Under the pieces are notes generated by a model. That model saw only the letters and a program-made list of their open reading frames with translations. It made no database searches and had not been told where the DNA came from. From NCBI GenBank assembly GCA_963786955.1, contig CAWBAT010000005.1, positions 992,001 through 1,056,000 of the forward strand: a DNA stretch of 64,000 nt, written 5' to 3'. How positions within the stretch are numbered: position 1 is the stretch's first letter; each line of letters begins with the position of its first letter. This document shows positions 10,771 to 22,156 of this stretch, one piece after another. Position numbers and translations under genes: made by a program. The stretch comes from an uncultured Acidimicrobiia bacterium. GTDB lineage: Bacteria > Acidobacteriota > Terriglobia > Versatilivoradales > Versatilivoraceae.

Positions 10771-12498
10771 TCACTCAATTTCGGGTGCATCCACCGCAAT
10801 GAGCGATTCCGTCTTGGTCTCCCCGGTCTCCAAGTTGACCTTCTTCGAAGTCTTTTGGAGTTGTTTCAAGAAGGCTTCGTCTGATTCAAGTCCCCCCTCA
10901 ACTGACTTCAATGCGCTCAGAAAATATTCGCCCGGCGGGAACCCCTGGATGGTGTAATTACCCTTTTGATCGGACTGCGTTTTTTTGACAAAGCGAGAAT
11001 GGATACCTCTTGATTCAGGATCACCCGGGAAAACCATGACCGTAGCACCTTTGAAGGGAGGTCCCTGCTCATCCGACTTGACGGTACCATTGAGAGATGC
11101 TCCTTGAGGCGAGATCACGACTTCCACTCCTTCCAGCGGGCTGTTGCCTTTGATTTCTATGGATGCATCGGCCATCTCCTGCCCTTCCACGCGGACAGAC
11201 TTCAAGAAAAAATTTCCGGCCAGTCCTGAGACCCTGAGGTAACCGGTCATTTCGGAAACGTTGGCGAGACGAAATGTGAAATCGTCCTTCACTTCACTCC
11301 CCGCGGCTCCTCCCATGAAATTTCCAATGCCACTTTCAAGGTCGGCCATCAATGATACTCGGAGTCGTCGCAAATCTAACGAAGCGTTTTGCCCTTCAAT
11401 CACTATTCGACCCGTGATCTCAATGCCTTCGCCGAGAGCAATCAGGACTCCTTCGATATCGCTGTTCGAGACCTCGACAATTGCGTTCCCAATCAGCTGT
11501 TTTCCTTCCCGTTGAGTCCCTGCAGAAAGGCGGTACTTTCCAGGAAAGAGTCCCTTGAGTTTGAATTCTCCCTGAGCATCGGTGCTGTTCCCCGACGAAA
11601 AGGAGAGAAAATCGCTTAACGGGACACGGACGGGATTAATCCATCCGCCGATGATAGGCTTGCCATCAGGCCCGACGATTTTTCCACTTACCAAATAAGA
11701 ATCGCCCTCGACCAGAATCATGTCCATTCCGGTGAGATCACGGGCTGCGCTCACTTGGATTTTGGAGGCTTCTTGAAGAGTCATGACTCCTGGATAATAG
11801 GTGGAGGGAGAACCGGAACCTCCTTCCGGCATTTCAAAGGCACGATAAACTGCGCTAAGGTAGTACATTCCGGGAGGAATATTGAATAGCCGATAGTGGC
11901 CGCGGTCGTCTGTTTGGGCCATGCCTGTAGGCATAAGCCGGCGTTTTCCTTGAAACGAAGTGTAACGGGCGACTTGAACGAAAGCTCGAGCAACCGGCTC
12001 ATTGTCGGCATCCAAGATACGGCCCTCCACCGCACCACCGCGAATTAATTTGAAATTGATCGAATTGAGACTCTCTCCAGAGCGGACATCCAGGGTAATC
12101 CCGCCAGACTGTGAAAATGAATCAGAGGCCTTCTGCCCGTAAACCTGGTTCACATACCCATTCCGGAAAGCGCTCAAGGTGTATTTCCCGGGTTTGACAT
12201 CTTCGAACCGGTATCCCCCGCTGGCATCCGTTTGAGTTGTGGTCGGTTTATCCCCCGTTTGCGATTGTGTGCCCTGCAGCATGAGGTTCACCTTCCTCAA
12301 GCCCGCCCCCGTGTCAGTTCCAATGACCTTCCCACGAATTGCTCCTCCTTGGGGGACCTCCTTCTTCGCCCCTGCTGTGGGGCTTGGTTGATCGGTGATT
12401 TGCTGATCTTGGCCTTGCACACCCACCTGTAAAGTCACCATCAAGATGAGAGTCAACAAGAAGGTATAGATGGCGGGCGTCCTTGGAGTTCGATACAT
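10771..12498 (-). CDS. Secreted carboxypeptidase-regulatory-like (Cna-B/transthyretin fold) repeat protein
   Basis: Signal-like N-terminus and repeated TD-x-x-G-x-Y/F-x-x-x-x-x-x-PG-x-Y motifs, TYYPGV. Start codon uncertain (12498-12546). Confidence 0.8.
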   Translation of the reverse strand: MYRTPRTPAIYTFLLTLILMVTLQVGVQGQDQQITDQPSPTAGAKKEVPQGGAIRGKVIGTDTGAGLRKVNLMLQGTQSQTGDKPTTTQTDASGGYRFEDVKPGKYTLSAFRNGYVNQVYGQKASDSFSQSGGITLDVRSGESLNSINFKLIRGGAVEGRILDADNEPVARAFVQVARYTSFQGKRRLMPTGMAQTDDRGHYRLFNIPPGMYYLSAVYRAFEMPEGGSGSPSTYYPGVMTLQEASKIQVSAARDLTGMDMILVEGDSYLVSGKIVGPDGKPIIGGWINPVRVPLSDFLSFSSGNSTDAQGEFKLKGLFPGKYRLSAGTQREGKQLIGNAIVEVSNSDIEGVLIALGEGIEITGRIVIEGQNASLDLRRLRVSLMADLESGIGNFMGGAAGSEVKDDFTFRLANVSEMTGYLRVSGLAGNFFLKSVRVEGQEMADASIEIKGNSPLEGVEVVISPQGASLNGTVKSDEQGPPFKGATVMVFPGDPESRGIHSRFVKKTQSDQKGNYTIQGFPPGEYFLSALKSVEGGLESDEAFLKQLQKTSKKVNLETGETKTESLIAVDAPEIE

Positions 12499-12558
12499 GG
12501 AGTTCCCAAACATTTGAGAAATACGGGAGGAGACGTTACCTGTCAAGCATTATACCAA

Positions 12559-13452
12559 CTAAATCAGCTTAAGGCTGCGGAGGACTGAGGCGAGTTTCTC
12601 ACGATTCTTCGGCTGCATGGGTACCAGGGGCAATCGATACACCTCCTCAATCATCCCCATCATGGCCAGGGCGGCCTTCACCGGTACTGGATTGGTTTCG
12701 AGAAAATTAGCTCGCATCAAGGCGTAGGTATGGTAGTTGATTGCTCGGGCTTGATCCCAGCGGTTTTCCATGGCGGCATGGATCATCTGCGCAAATTCCC
12801 GGGGCATCTCGTTTGCCAGAACCGAAATGCAACCGTCCCCACCTACTGAAATCAGGGGCAGTGAAAAGGAATCATCTCCAGCCAGAACAGAAAAGTGTTT
12901 GGGACGATCTCGGAGGATGGCGATCATTTGGTCTAGATTTCCGGAGGCTTCTTTGACTCCGACGATGTTGGGGATCTCAGCTAATCGCAACAGCGTGTCG
13001 GGTTCAATATTGACTCCAGTCCGACTTGGAATATTGTAAATGATGATCGGGATATCGGCCGATTCGGCAATCGCCCTGAAATGCTGGTAGTGACCTTCTT
13101 GGGTAGGTTTGTTGTAATAAGGACCGACCGAGAGGACTCCGTCTGCTCCAATCTTCCTGGCAAATTGAGTCAGGGCAATGGCACGGCGCGTATTATTGCT
13201 CCCACCTCCAATAATGACCTTTGCCCGTTTGTTGACACATTCGACCGTCAGTTCACACACCCGGAAATGCTCATCGTATTCCAGTGTTGACGCTTCACCG
13301 GTTGTTCCGCACGGTACAAGGGCATCAATTCCTCCAGCAATTTGGAATTCAACAAGCCGTCGCAAATTTCCTTCATCGAGTTTCCCGGATTTGTCAAAAG
13401 GGGTCACCAGAGCAGTCATTGCACCGCGAAACAGGGGTTTATCAGTCATCAT
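12559..13452 (-). CDS. dapA: 4-hydroxy-tetrahydrodipicolinate synthase
   Basis: TALVTPF, GTTGE, PYYNKPTQEG, IYNIPSRTG, GVKEASG, ETNPVPVKAAL. It has its own AAGGAG SD before ATG 13452. Confidence 0.95.
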   Translation of the reverse strand: MMTDKPLFRGAMTALVTPFDKSGKLDEGNLRRLVEFQIAGGIDALVPCGTTGEASTLEYDEHFRVCELTVECVNKRAKVIIGGGSNNTRRAIALTQFARKIGADGVLSVGPYYNKPTQEGHYQHFRAIAESADIPIIIYNIPSRTGVNIEPDTLLRLAEIPNIVGVKEASGNLDQMIAILRDRPKHFSVLAGDDSFSLPLISVGGDGCISVLANEMPREFAQMIHAAMENRWDQARAINYHTYALMRANFLETNPVPVKAALAMMGMIEEVYRLPLVPMQPKNREKLASVLRSLKLI

Positions 13453-14262
13453 GGCGCTCCTTTGAAAGCTTACTATGCTGCTGATTATGAGGACACTTAA
13501 TCTTCTGTGCCCTTGCCTACTCAGTAAGTCTTTCAGTACTTGTTCGAATGTAAACAGTCCTTTTCGGCCGCGGATCCATTCTGCAGCCAGGACGGCACCG
13601 GTGGCAAATCCCGCTCGGGACCGGACCGTATGCGTCAATTCAATGGTGTCTGCAGGGGAATCAAAGAGTACCGAATGGATACCCGGGACGTGACCGATCC
13701 TGAGAGACGTGACATGCAGTTCGTCGTCAGCGATGGCGCGATTCAAAGAATCCGTGACAACTTTTTTCTTACGTGGAAACTTTGCCCGGATGATCTCAAT
13801 GAGTTTCTTGGCAGTTCCGCTCGGGCTGTCCAGTTTCTGGCGATGATGGGTTTCGCTGAGACTGACGTCGTATTCGTTAAAAGGTTGAAACAACCCCGCT
13901 GCTCTGGTAACGATTTGATAAAAAAGATTCACTCCCAGAGAGAAATTTGGGGCGTAGACCAAACCGATTCCTGAATTTCGCACCAGTTCCTCTACCTGCG
14001 GGAGGTGTTGGTACCAACCTGTGGTTCCCACAACCACAGGCGTTCTCATGGCTGCCATAAGGCGAAGATTCTCCAACACGGCTCCCGGATTCGTGAACTC
14101 AATGCCGACGTCGGCCGCTCCAAGACTCGTGGCAGAAATCAAGGGTTGTGTCGTGTCGATTCCTTCAGGATCAATCTTGCCGGAGATCGTGTGCCCGCGT
14201 TGCGCCGCCACACATTCGACTTCCCGCCCCATCTTTCCATAACCGATCAGCGCAACTTTCAT
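13453..14262 (-). CDS. dapB: 4-hydroxy-tetrahydrodipicolinate reductase, reading in frame into dapA
   Basis: GYGKMG Rossmann motif, VVGTTGW, NFSLGVNLF, ETHHRQKLDSPSGTA, GFATGAVLAAEW. No stop codon before dapA. Confidence 0.92.
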
Positions 14263-14315
14263 GGCTTTACTCTCGGCCTCCAGCGGCGATCATATCAAAC
14301 ACAATTGAGACGGCG

Positions 14316-15260
14316 TTATGATTTTGTAATGACCCATTCAACAGCACCAAGTCCAGGAATCACTTCGGTTTCTTCCTTCACGGAGGATTGAGCAGAATAC
14401 TCCGCAAAAAACAAGATGATGACGGTAGAAAGATAGACCCAAGTCAAGATGACAATGATCGAGGCGATGGATCCATAGACTGAGGTGTAATTGGAAAATT
14501 GGATCAATCGAGGTGAAGCCATATTTCGCAATTTCCCAGGTAAAGGCCCCTATGACCGCACTCGGGATTACCTGAGCAAATCGCACCCTTGTGTACGGAA
14601 CAAATTTATAAATGAAAGAAAACATGACTACGGCCAAACCCAAACTTACAAGGACGAGCATTCCTTTGATGAACATCGGCGACATGGCATAATGCCATTC
14701 GTCTTTAAGCAAGCCCTTAAGGTAGTGGTCAAAGCGCACAATCATGGTAGTCAGAAAAACAGAAATAAGAATGAAAAAGCCGAAAAGAAGCGTCATCAGG
14801 GCAGCAAACAAGCGGCGCCGAATAAAACCGCGTTCCCGTTTCACTCCCCAGGCCTCATTCAGAGCCAACTCCAAAGGGAGGAAGGCGCCAGAGGCTGTCC
14901 AAATCAATAACACAAGCGCCACGAGTGAAGTCCGTCCCGGTGGAGGCGGTGATAGTCCGGAGATTGTTTTCAACCAGATCTGCTCCGATCGGTAAATAAA
15001 ATCGAACTGAAGTAATGATCGAGTTTTCGAGATGGTAGCGGTGGATAAAGACACCGCCAATACTGAGTAGAATTAATATGAGGGGGAAGAAAGAGAATAG
15101 CGCGTAGAAGGCAATCGCAGCAGCATAGGTGAAATGGTTCCGCTGCAGGAAACCCACCAATGTCCGCCAAAGTCTCGATCCGCTAAACATGATTTCATCA
15201 AAAGAAATTGCTGGTTTTCAAACAAGAATTCTCTGCCGACGTCCGTTTCAGCCAAATCAT
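14316..15260 (-). CDS. YihY/BrkB family membrane protein, frameshifted; start approximate
   Basis: AAAIAFYALFSFFPL, LIWTASGAF...ALNEAW, YKFVP, WEIAKYGF, VYGSIASIIVILTWVY, distributed over three frames. Confidence 0.85.
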
Positions 15261-17888
15261 CTCTCGCTCTGGCGGCTCAGACTAATCAGATTCACAAAGA
15301 TCCGGATTGCCCCGGGCACTCCCTCAGGCAACTGCCGAAACCAGGAGAGGGCGGTCAAAACATACTTACCCTTTCCGTAATCGGCAATCAGTAATCCCCC
15401 GTCCAACATGAGGAAAGCCCGGGTCTCCCATCGAAAGCAAAGGCTTGAAACGGGGATCACGGTCCTGAAAGAAATACAATCCTCGCTCCTGAACCCAGCC
15501 TTCAAAGTCACTTCCTGTAATGCGGTTGGGAAGGTTGAAGATCGAGTTTGACGATTCAAGAATTGTCACCGGCGCCGTTTCGTCCGTAACACGATGGTCA
15601 TCGCTTTGGAGTCTGGCAGGGTAGGGGGGAAACGAACCTCGACTCCATCCTGCACGGCGTTGGTACTGGACGATCAGTGTGCCTCCCGCCTTCACATATT
15701 CCAAAAGCCGGGTGTTGTTTGCAACTAAATCGTCTCGAACCTCATAAGCGCGCACTCCGACCAGGATCGAGCTATAGTTGCTTAGGTCCCCACTCGCCAG
15801 GTTTTCCGGCCCGAGTAGTTTCACCGGGATACCCAATTGCTGGAGCGTATCGGGAACCCTGTCTCCTGGTCCCGTGATATATGCAACGGAGAGGCCGGCA
15901 GGGATATGAAGGTCTAGAACCTCGAGTTGTGACGCTGCTTTCCGATAAATTGGAAAGCGCCACACGTCCTGGACAGAGATCTGCCGGTATTCTTCATTGA
16001 TCTCTGTCCCATTGACAACCGCGATGATCTCGATGGGATAACGACCTGGCTTCAGCCCCGGCTTCGAGATTATTTCGAACTTAAAAGAATTGGCTTCCCC
16101 CTCCCGAGCCAGCGAAAAGGGTATTTCAGCAGGCGTTACGTTCCATTCCGGAGGTGCAGAGCCTTAAGCAAGCCTGAAGAAGATGAACGTGCATTATTGA
16201 CTACTTTGATTTGAATCTCGCGACGGGCTTCGGAAATTTCCAGAGGGATCAACTGCAACGAAGGAGAAACCTCAAGCGATACGGCGGGGAGTACCAGTAA
16301 CGGAACCTTGTGAGTTCCCCGCAAGGGGTTCGAATCCAAAAATTGAACGGGGCGTTTTGAACTTAATCGCACGCCTCGGAGTTGATATTCCAGCAAGGCA
16401 AAGAGGCGAGGGGAGGGAACCGGCGCCAATGTGAAAGGATCATCCGCGATAGCGTAAATCGCATCCTTCCGGCTGTTTCGTTTCCAAGGAATCCGGCTCG
16501 GCTTGGCATCGACTGGAACAGAAACCGAGAACTCAAAAACTGTCTTCTTTCCGGGTTCGACCCATGAGGCCCCTCGTTCTCGCAGTTTCAACTCCCATTT
16601 TTCTTCAGCTGCAAGATCGACCTGAGTGAGTTCAATTTTTTCAGAAAATCGATTCACAACAGTTGCGCGAACCGCAAAGGATTGCCCTGGAGTCACTGAC
16701 GAGTCTTCCGCAAGACCTTCAAAATACAGGCCTGTGGCTAAATCTAAAGCCTTCATGAAATCTCTTTCCTTCTCGTTGAGGAGGAAAAGCAACTTCGCCG
16801 GGTGCCTTGATTCCTGGGTTTCCGAAACTCTGCGTTAACGTTTCTTGAATCTTTCTGAGTTTCACAATACCTTGAAGTAACGGCCCGACAGTTCCGGAAA
16901 AATCTTCCGGCTGGAAATTCTGTCGGGCTTCGCGAACCAAGTGCTCCACCAAACCCATCTCCTCAGAGAGCCATTGTCTTTTCGGTGATTCCGCTTCCAG
17001 GAGTGAAGGAAGGTCCTTTATTTCAAGCACCAGACTGTCGAAGAACCCCGAATCATGGGGAGTATCGGGGTAAATCAAGCGAAAAAATGAATCATATTCG
17101 CCAGGAAGAGCATAGCTGTCACCGCTCCCTTGACTCCGATGAAAACTGTAACCGAGAGCCGCGATTTCCTGGAAGGATGTACCGAAGAGGGGGATATATT
17201 TCCCCGTATTGATGGCAAAGGAAGACTCATCAGCTTTGGACACCCGAATGTAGAGCTTCTGGACTTTCCACGGTGCAAGGCCTTCCTGGGCCAGTTCCGG
17301 GAATTGTTTCCATCTCCCGCAGCAAAAAAGGCCTCCTTGGCCAATATTCCGCAAGCCTGATGGTGTCCATGCCCGTCGCGAGGATCCCCGGACCAAACCG
17401 AGACGATAATGTGCGGGCGAAACTGACGAATGGCACGGACCATGTCACTCAGAATGGCCTCTCGCCCCCACTTTTGAAACGATTCTTCTGCAGTTCTCGA
17501 AAAACCGAAGTCGAACGCCCTAGTGAAATACTGTTCGACTCCGTAGTATTCATCCGCAGCCAGGAGTTCTCCAGTCCGGATCATCCCTAGCCCTTCGAAC
17601 ATTTCCGAACCAATGAGATTTTGCCCGCCTTCTCCTCGAGTGAGGGTGAGCAAAGCGGTTCTTGCATGCAACCCCCGGCTCACATAGCGGAAGCGCCCCG
17701 GAATTTTCATCATCCGGATGTGCCGCAATAAACATGACACGGGAAATAGAAGGCAGTCGGTCTAGTGCCTGGACCAAGCCTACAGCTCCCCGATCTAAAG
17801 GGAGATCCAGTGATTGTGAAAAGAAGAGAAAGAACTAAACGCAAAAAAAGTGAGGGGAAATGAGCAAAAACAATTTTAGTTTAGTCAT
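15257..17888 (-). CDS. Secreted PIG-L family deacetylase with NEW3-like and C-terminal GATase-like domains, multiply frameshifted
   Basis: FIAAHPDDE, LTRGEGGQNLIG, RTGELLAA, RAFDFGFS, GHGHHQACG, HRSQG, DHRVTDE, GWVQERGLYF, FRQLPEGVPGA across successive ORFs. Confidence 0.85.
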
Positions 17889-17998
17889 GGCCGGTTCGTT
17901 TCAAATCAGCGTTATGTTGGGTAGGCTTTCCTGATCCCCGCAAGCAGGACGGCGTGGTCCCATAGAGCGATCGAGATGCTCGGGTAATCCCTTTATAG

Positions 17999-19678
17999 TC
18001 ACACAGGTGCCCGCGCATCGGTTCCGGAAATATATTTTCCGGAAAGGATAAAAACTGCGCCAATCAAAAAGGTCAACAGAACACCATAAGCCGCTGCGGT
18101 TCCGAAATTAAACTGGCGGAGTTGCGAAAGAATTTCAACTGAGATGGGGCGATTCCGCAGAGTATAAATGACGATGGACGTGACGAACTCACCAAGAGCC
18201 GCGACAAATGCGAGCAGTGATCCCGCCACAACCCCGGGAAGCACGAGCGGCAAGGTAACCCTTGAGAAACGAAAGAACCATTTACCCCCCAGCAGACGAG
18301 CGGCTTCATCTAAAGTGGGATCCAGCTGTTCAAAACTGGATTGAAAAGCACGAACGACCACCGGAATATTCCGGATGAAATATGCAAGCGGAAGAATCCA
18401 ATAAGTGCCGACCAGCAGTATTCTAGCCTCCCAGAGACGGTTTTGACTAAAGGTGGTCGCTAGGCTCAAAGCAAGAACAGTTCCAGGGAGCGCCCATGGC
18501 AAGATCACCAAACTACTCAGCAGGAAACGACCGCGTACCTGTTTCTGAACGATGAGAGAGACAATCAGTATGGCAAATAGGAAATTGGCCAGGGTTGCCA
18601 GGAAGGCCATTTGAAGACTATTGAAGACAGGCTCAAGCAATTCCGGAGATGAGAATAATCGAATGTAGTTTTCGACCGTATACTCGGGAGGTAATATTTC
18701 TGTGGTCCAAGTTCCTTCTTTCACAAAGCTGACCAAGATTAGGGTCAGGTGAGGTAACAATAGGACCAACACCATGATGATCCCCAAGAATGCTGCAACT
18801 ACTTGGATTCCTCGGTGTGTCACTCGGGTAGGTACCCAGGATGCTCCTTTGTTCACGGATCTGAATTTGCCCGTTCCTTCGTATCGCTGGAGAAAAAGCA
18901 GGAAAAGGATCGACGTCGAAGTGAGAATTACGGTTTCGACCATCGACATTTTCAGATCCCCGTTGAGCTTGGAATTGTAGATCTGCAAAGCCAGGATCCG
19001 GACACCACCTCCAAAGATATACGGAGCGCTAAAGCTCGCCATTGACGTCATGAAAGTTAGAAGTGATGCCCCAGCCAGAGCCGGGGTAAGCTGTCGCAGT
19101 GTCACTGCCAAAAACGTTCTCAGTCTCGAAGCTCCGAGCGATCGGGCTGCCTCTGCCAGCGTATGATCAATGCGTTTCAATCCTGCTGAAACAAAGAGAT
19201 AAAAGTAAACATACATGGTATAGGCGTGGACCAGCAAGATCGCTCCAACGCCTCGCAGCGAAATAAAGGGCTCACTCCTCCCAAGCCAACGTTGCAAACT
19301 GCGGTTTAATATTCCGCTTTCCCCATAAAGAAACAGGAACGCAATGACTCCGACGAGTGGGGGCAACAGAACAGGTAACGAGGCGAGAGAGGCAAACACT
19401 CGTTTTCCCGGAAAATCATAGCGAGTAAAGAGAAAAGCCAGGGGGATTCCGATCAGGGCAGAAAGGATCACACTCCAGGCAGAGATCCAGATACTGTTGC
19501 GGAGGGCTTCAAGCTGGGAAGGGCTTCTGAAAAACTCCCGGTAGTGAGCCAAAGTCAAATTATTTTCATTCAGAAAACTTTGAACAAATAAGTACAGATT
19601 CGGATAAAGGACCAGCCAGAGCAGAATCCCCAGAACGAAGGTATAGAGCAGGACATCCGAATGACGTTTGACAGGCAT
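17999..19678 (-). CDS. Fe3+/thiamine-type ABC transporter permease (fused double TM domain)
   Basis: Two EAA loops (LAEAARSLGA; LDEAARLLGG) and about 12 hydrophobic segments. Confidence 0.9.
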   Translation of the reverse strand: MPVKRHSDVLLYTFVLGILLWLVLYPNLYLFVQSFLNENNLTLAHYREFFRSPSQLEALRNSIWISAWSVILSALIGIPLAFLFTRYDFPGKRVFASLASLPVLLPPLVGVIAFLFLYGESGILNRSLQRWLGRSEPFISLRGVGAILLVHAYTMYVYFYLFVSAGLKRIDHTLAEAARSLGASRLRTFLAVTLRQLTPALAGASLLTFMTSMASFSAPYIFGGGVRILALQIYNSKLNGDLKMSMVETVILTSTSILFLLFLQRYEGTGKFRSVNKGASWVPTRVTHRGIQVVAAFLGIIMVLVLLLPHLTLILVSFVKEGTWTTEILPPEYTVENYIRLFSSPELLEPVFNSLQMAFLATLANFLFAILIVSLIVQKQVRGRFLLSSLVILPWALPGTVLALSLATTFSQNRLWEARILLVGTYWILPLAYFIRNIPVVVRAFQSSFEQLDPTLDEAARLLGGKWFFRFSRVTLPLVLPGVVAGSLLAFVAALGEFVTSIVIYTLRNRPISVEILSQLRQFNFGTAAAYGVLLTFLIGAVFILSGKYISGTDARAPV

Positions 19679-19683
19679 AGAGA

Positions 19684-20758
19684 TCAGGCCTCTAACACAT
19701 GGAATGCCAATGGAGATCCATAAAGGGTGACAATGGATCCGGCGTCGACCGGCGAAGGAGTCAGCGGATCTTTTCCTGTAGCCAAAATTTGTTGTCCTTC
19801 CCCCTCCAGTTCCCATTCATAGTACGCTCCTGCAAACCGCCCGCCCTTGATCTCTTGCTGGAAAAAGTGCGGTATTCTGATCGTGTCTTGGAAAATTCTA
19901 TTCTCTCCGGTCGCAAGAGCAATCGATAAACCCGGCCTAACACAAATTGCCGATCCCGCGGAACAGGCAGACAAAGTTTTTCTCCTTGCGGGAGTTCGAA
20001 GAACAACGAATTTTCATCCAACCCTTGGAGCCGTAATGCCAGAATGTTGGACTTCCCAATAAATCCTGCGACAAACTCATTCGCCGGATGATTATAAAGT
20101 TCATGGGCGGTTCCGATCTGCTGGCAAATCCCGCTGGAAAGGAGTGAAATTCGATCAGAGAGGGCAAAGGCATCTTCCTGATCGTGGGTCACGAATAAGG
20201 TTGTCATGTTGAGACTGGAAATGAGTTCCCGAAGCTGCTTACGGGTACGCTCTCGGAGACCGGCATCCAGATTGCTCAGAGGCTCGTCGAGCAAGAGAAT
20301 TTGCGGCTCAATCACAAGCGCCCTGGCAATTGCCACTCTTTGCTGTTCTCCCCCGCTGAGTTGGAAGATGGGACGATTTTCATAACCCGACAGGTGAACC
20401 TGACTCAAAGTTTTCCTGACTCTTTCGGGAATCTGTCGCGAAGGAAGGTGAGCCGCTCTCAATCCAAAAGCTACATTTTCAAATACGTTGAGATGCGGGA
20501 AAAGAGCGTAAGACTGAAACACCATTCCCATCGACCGTTGCTCTGGAGACAACGGGTAACGTCGCGGCCCTGGATAAGAATTTTCCCTTCCGACGGAGAC
20601 AAAAATCCCGCAATGAGACGGAGCGTCGTAGTCTTGCCGCAACCACTCGGCCCGAGCAGGCTCATGATTTCGCCCTTCTTCACACTGAGATTGAAATGAA
20701 GCAAGGCAGCTTTGTCCCCAAATCGACAGGTGAGGTTGTTGAGCTCTAAAAACGGCAT
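19684..20758 (-). CDS. ABC transporter ATP-binding subunit (FbpC/PotA type), frameshifted
   Basis: GPSGCGKTT, MVFQSYALFPHL, LSGGEQQRVA, LLLDEP, VTHDQ, C-terminal TOBE-like segment. Confidence 0.9.
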
Positions 20759-21081
20759 TGGGTCATGACCCTAGTGAATGGCCAATAATCGATTATTTAT
20801 GCTGCGTAAAGAATGACGTGTCTTTTCAAACCCAGTCGAATTAAAACGGTGACAGCTTCAATTCCTCTCCGCTGGAGAGGCGAGCTCAGCTTCATGGATA
20901 TAATTGCTTGCAACTTGGTATTACACCTTCTGCCCATAATAAACCTCTCTCGAGGAAAGCGGGGTCAAGGACTCAAAATCGTTCACAAGCCCACATGAAC
21001 GAAATGGGGGCACGACAATTAGGTCGAGATGAATGTCTGCTGGAAAAACACCAGGACCCCGCTAACGAGGCTTCGCCACTC

Positions 21082-22137
21082 TTACATTGTGCCTTTATTT
21101 CTGATTTCAGTGTCCCAGAATCTCATCCACTCATTCGACTTTTCCGCCATAACCTTCCAATCAATAGGCATGTGTCGGATCACCGATTTCGTCATCCACT
21201 CGGGTAATTTTTCCGGAGGGATGTCTTTTCGACAGGGAATGCGATAAAACTGCTGAGCTGCAAGAATCAGGCTATCCTGACTGGTGACGAATTCATAAAA
21301 CTGTTTTCCCAGTTCGAGATTCTTTGATTTAGCCACGAGAGCAATGCCTTCAGTCACAATCGGGGTGCCGCTTAAAGGGATGATGTAAGAAAATGGATAG
21401 CGATATCTGGCTCGTTGCAGTTCAATATCGGGCATGTTCCACACGGTGACGATACCCTCTTGTCTTGCTAGTTTTTGGTTCAAGAGAGTCATATTGGCAA
21501 CGTAGTCTTTCGTATTGAAATCCAGTTTCTTCAGCCATTCGTAACCAGGTTGAGAAGAGCCTGAGAGCTGGTAAAATCTGAGAATCATTGCGCAAAAGAT
21601 GGTTCTCATGGTGCCCGAAGCAAGCGGGTCTCGCAAAATGATTTTCTTGTGCCATTTCGGATCCAACAGATCATCCCAATCTTGCGGAGCTTCGTGCTTC
21701 TTGAGCACAGTGCTATTGAACGCGATGACTTCAGGAGTTTCATAGCTGCCATACCAACCATGGGTGGGACTATGCGAATCTTGCGGTACATGCTCGGCCC
21801 AGCTGGGTTTATAGGGCTCGAGCAAACCCTCATCTTGCCCCTGCTCAAAAAGGACAGAGGGAGCCCCCCACCACAAATCGGCCTGAGGGTTCTCCTTTTC
21901 AGAGCGCAATCGGTCCAAGACATCCTGACTGCCCATATCCATCCAACGCACATCTACCTTGGGGTTCTTCTGCTCAAACAGACTTTCAAACTCGGTCAGC
22001 AACTCTTTACCATGCGTCGAGTAAATGACCAGAACGGTTTTTGAATTTGGGCTGGAAACACAACCATTGAGCACCAGGAGCCATAAGACGACTCCCAAGG
22101 TAATCCGCGCAGTGATCCGCAACTTTGTGAAAACCAT
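21082..22137 (-). CDS. ABC transporter substrate-binding lipoprotein (Fe3+/AfuA-like)
   Basis: Lipobox LNGC, LVIYS, EKENPQADLWWG, APQDWDDLLDPKW, DPLASGT. Confidence 0.85.
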   Translation of the reverse strand: MVFTKLRITARITLGVVLWLLVLNGCVSSPNSKTVLVIYSTHGKELLTEFESLFEQKNPKVDVRWMDMGSQDVLDRLRSEKENPQADLWWGAPSVLFEQGQDEGLLEPYKPSWAEHVPQDSHSPTHGWYGSYETPEVIAFNSTVLKKHEAPQDWDDLLDPKWHKKIILRDPLASGTMRTIFCAMILRFYQLSGSSQPGYEWLKKLDFNTKDYVANMTLLNQKLARQEGIVTVWNMPDIELQRARYRYPFSYIIPLSGTPIVTEGIALVAKSKNLELGKQFYEFVTSQDSLILAAQQFYRIPCRKDIPPEKLPEWMTKSVIRHMPIDWKVMAEKSNEWMRFWDTEIRNKGTM

Positions 22138-22156
22138 CGATCTCCAATCCGGTTGG

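Noticed and set aside
20760-21081. 320-bp gap inside the ABC operon with a 9-bp IR (AGCGGGGTC/GACCCCGCT)
   Set aside because: No recognisable RNA motif, repeat family or credible ORF, and the IR is short enough to be chance.
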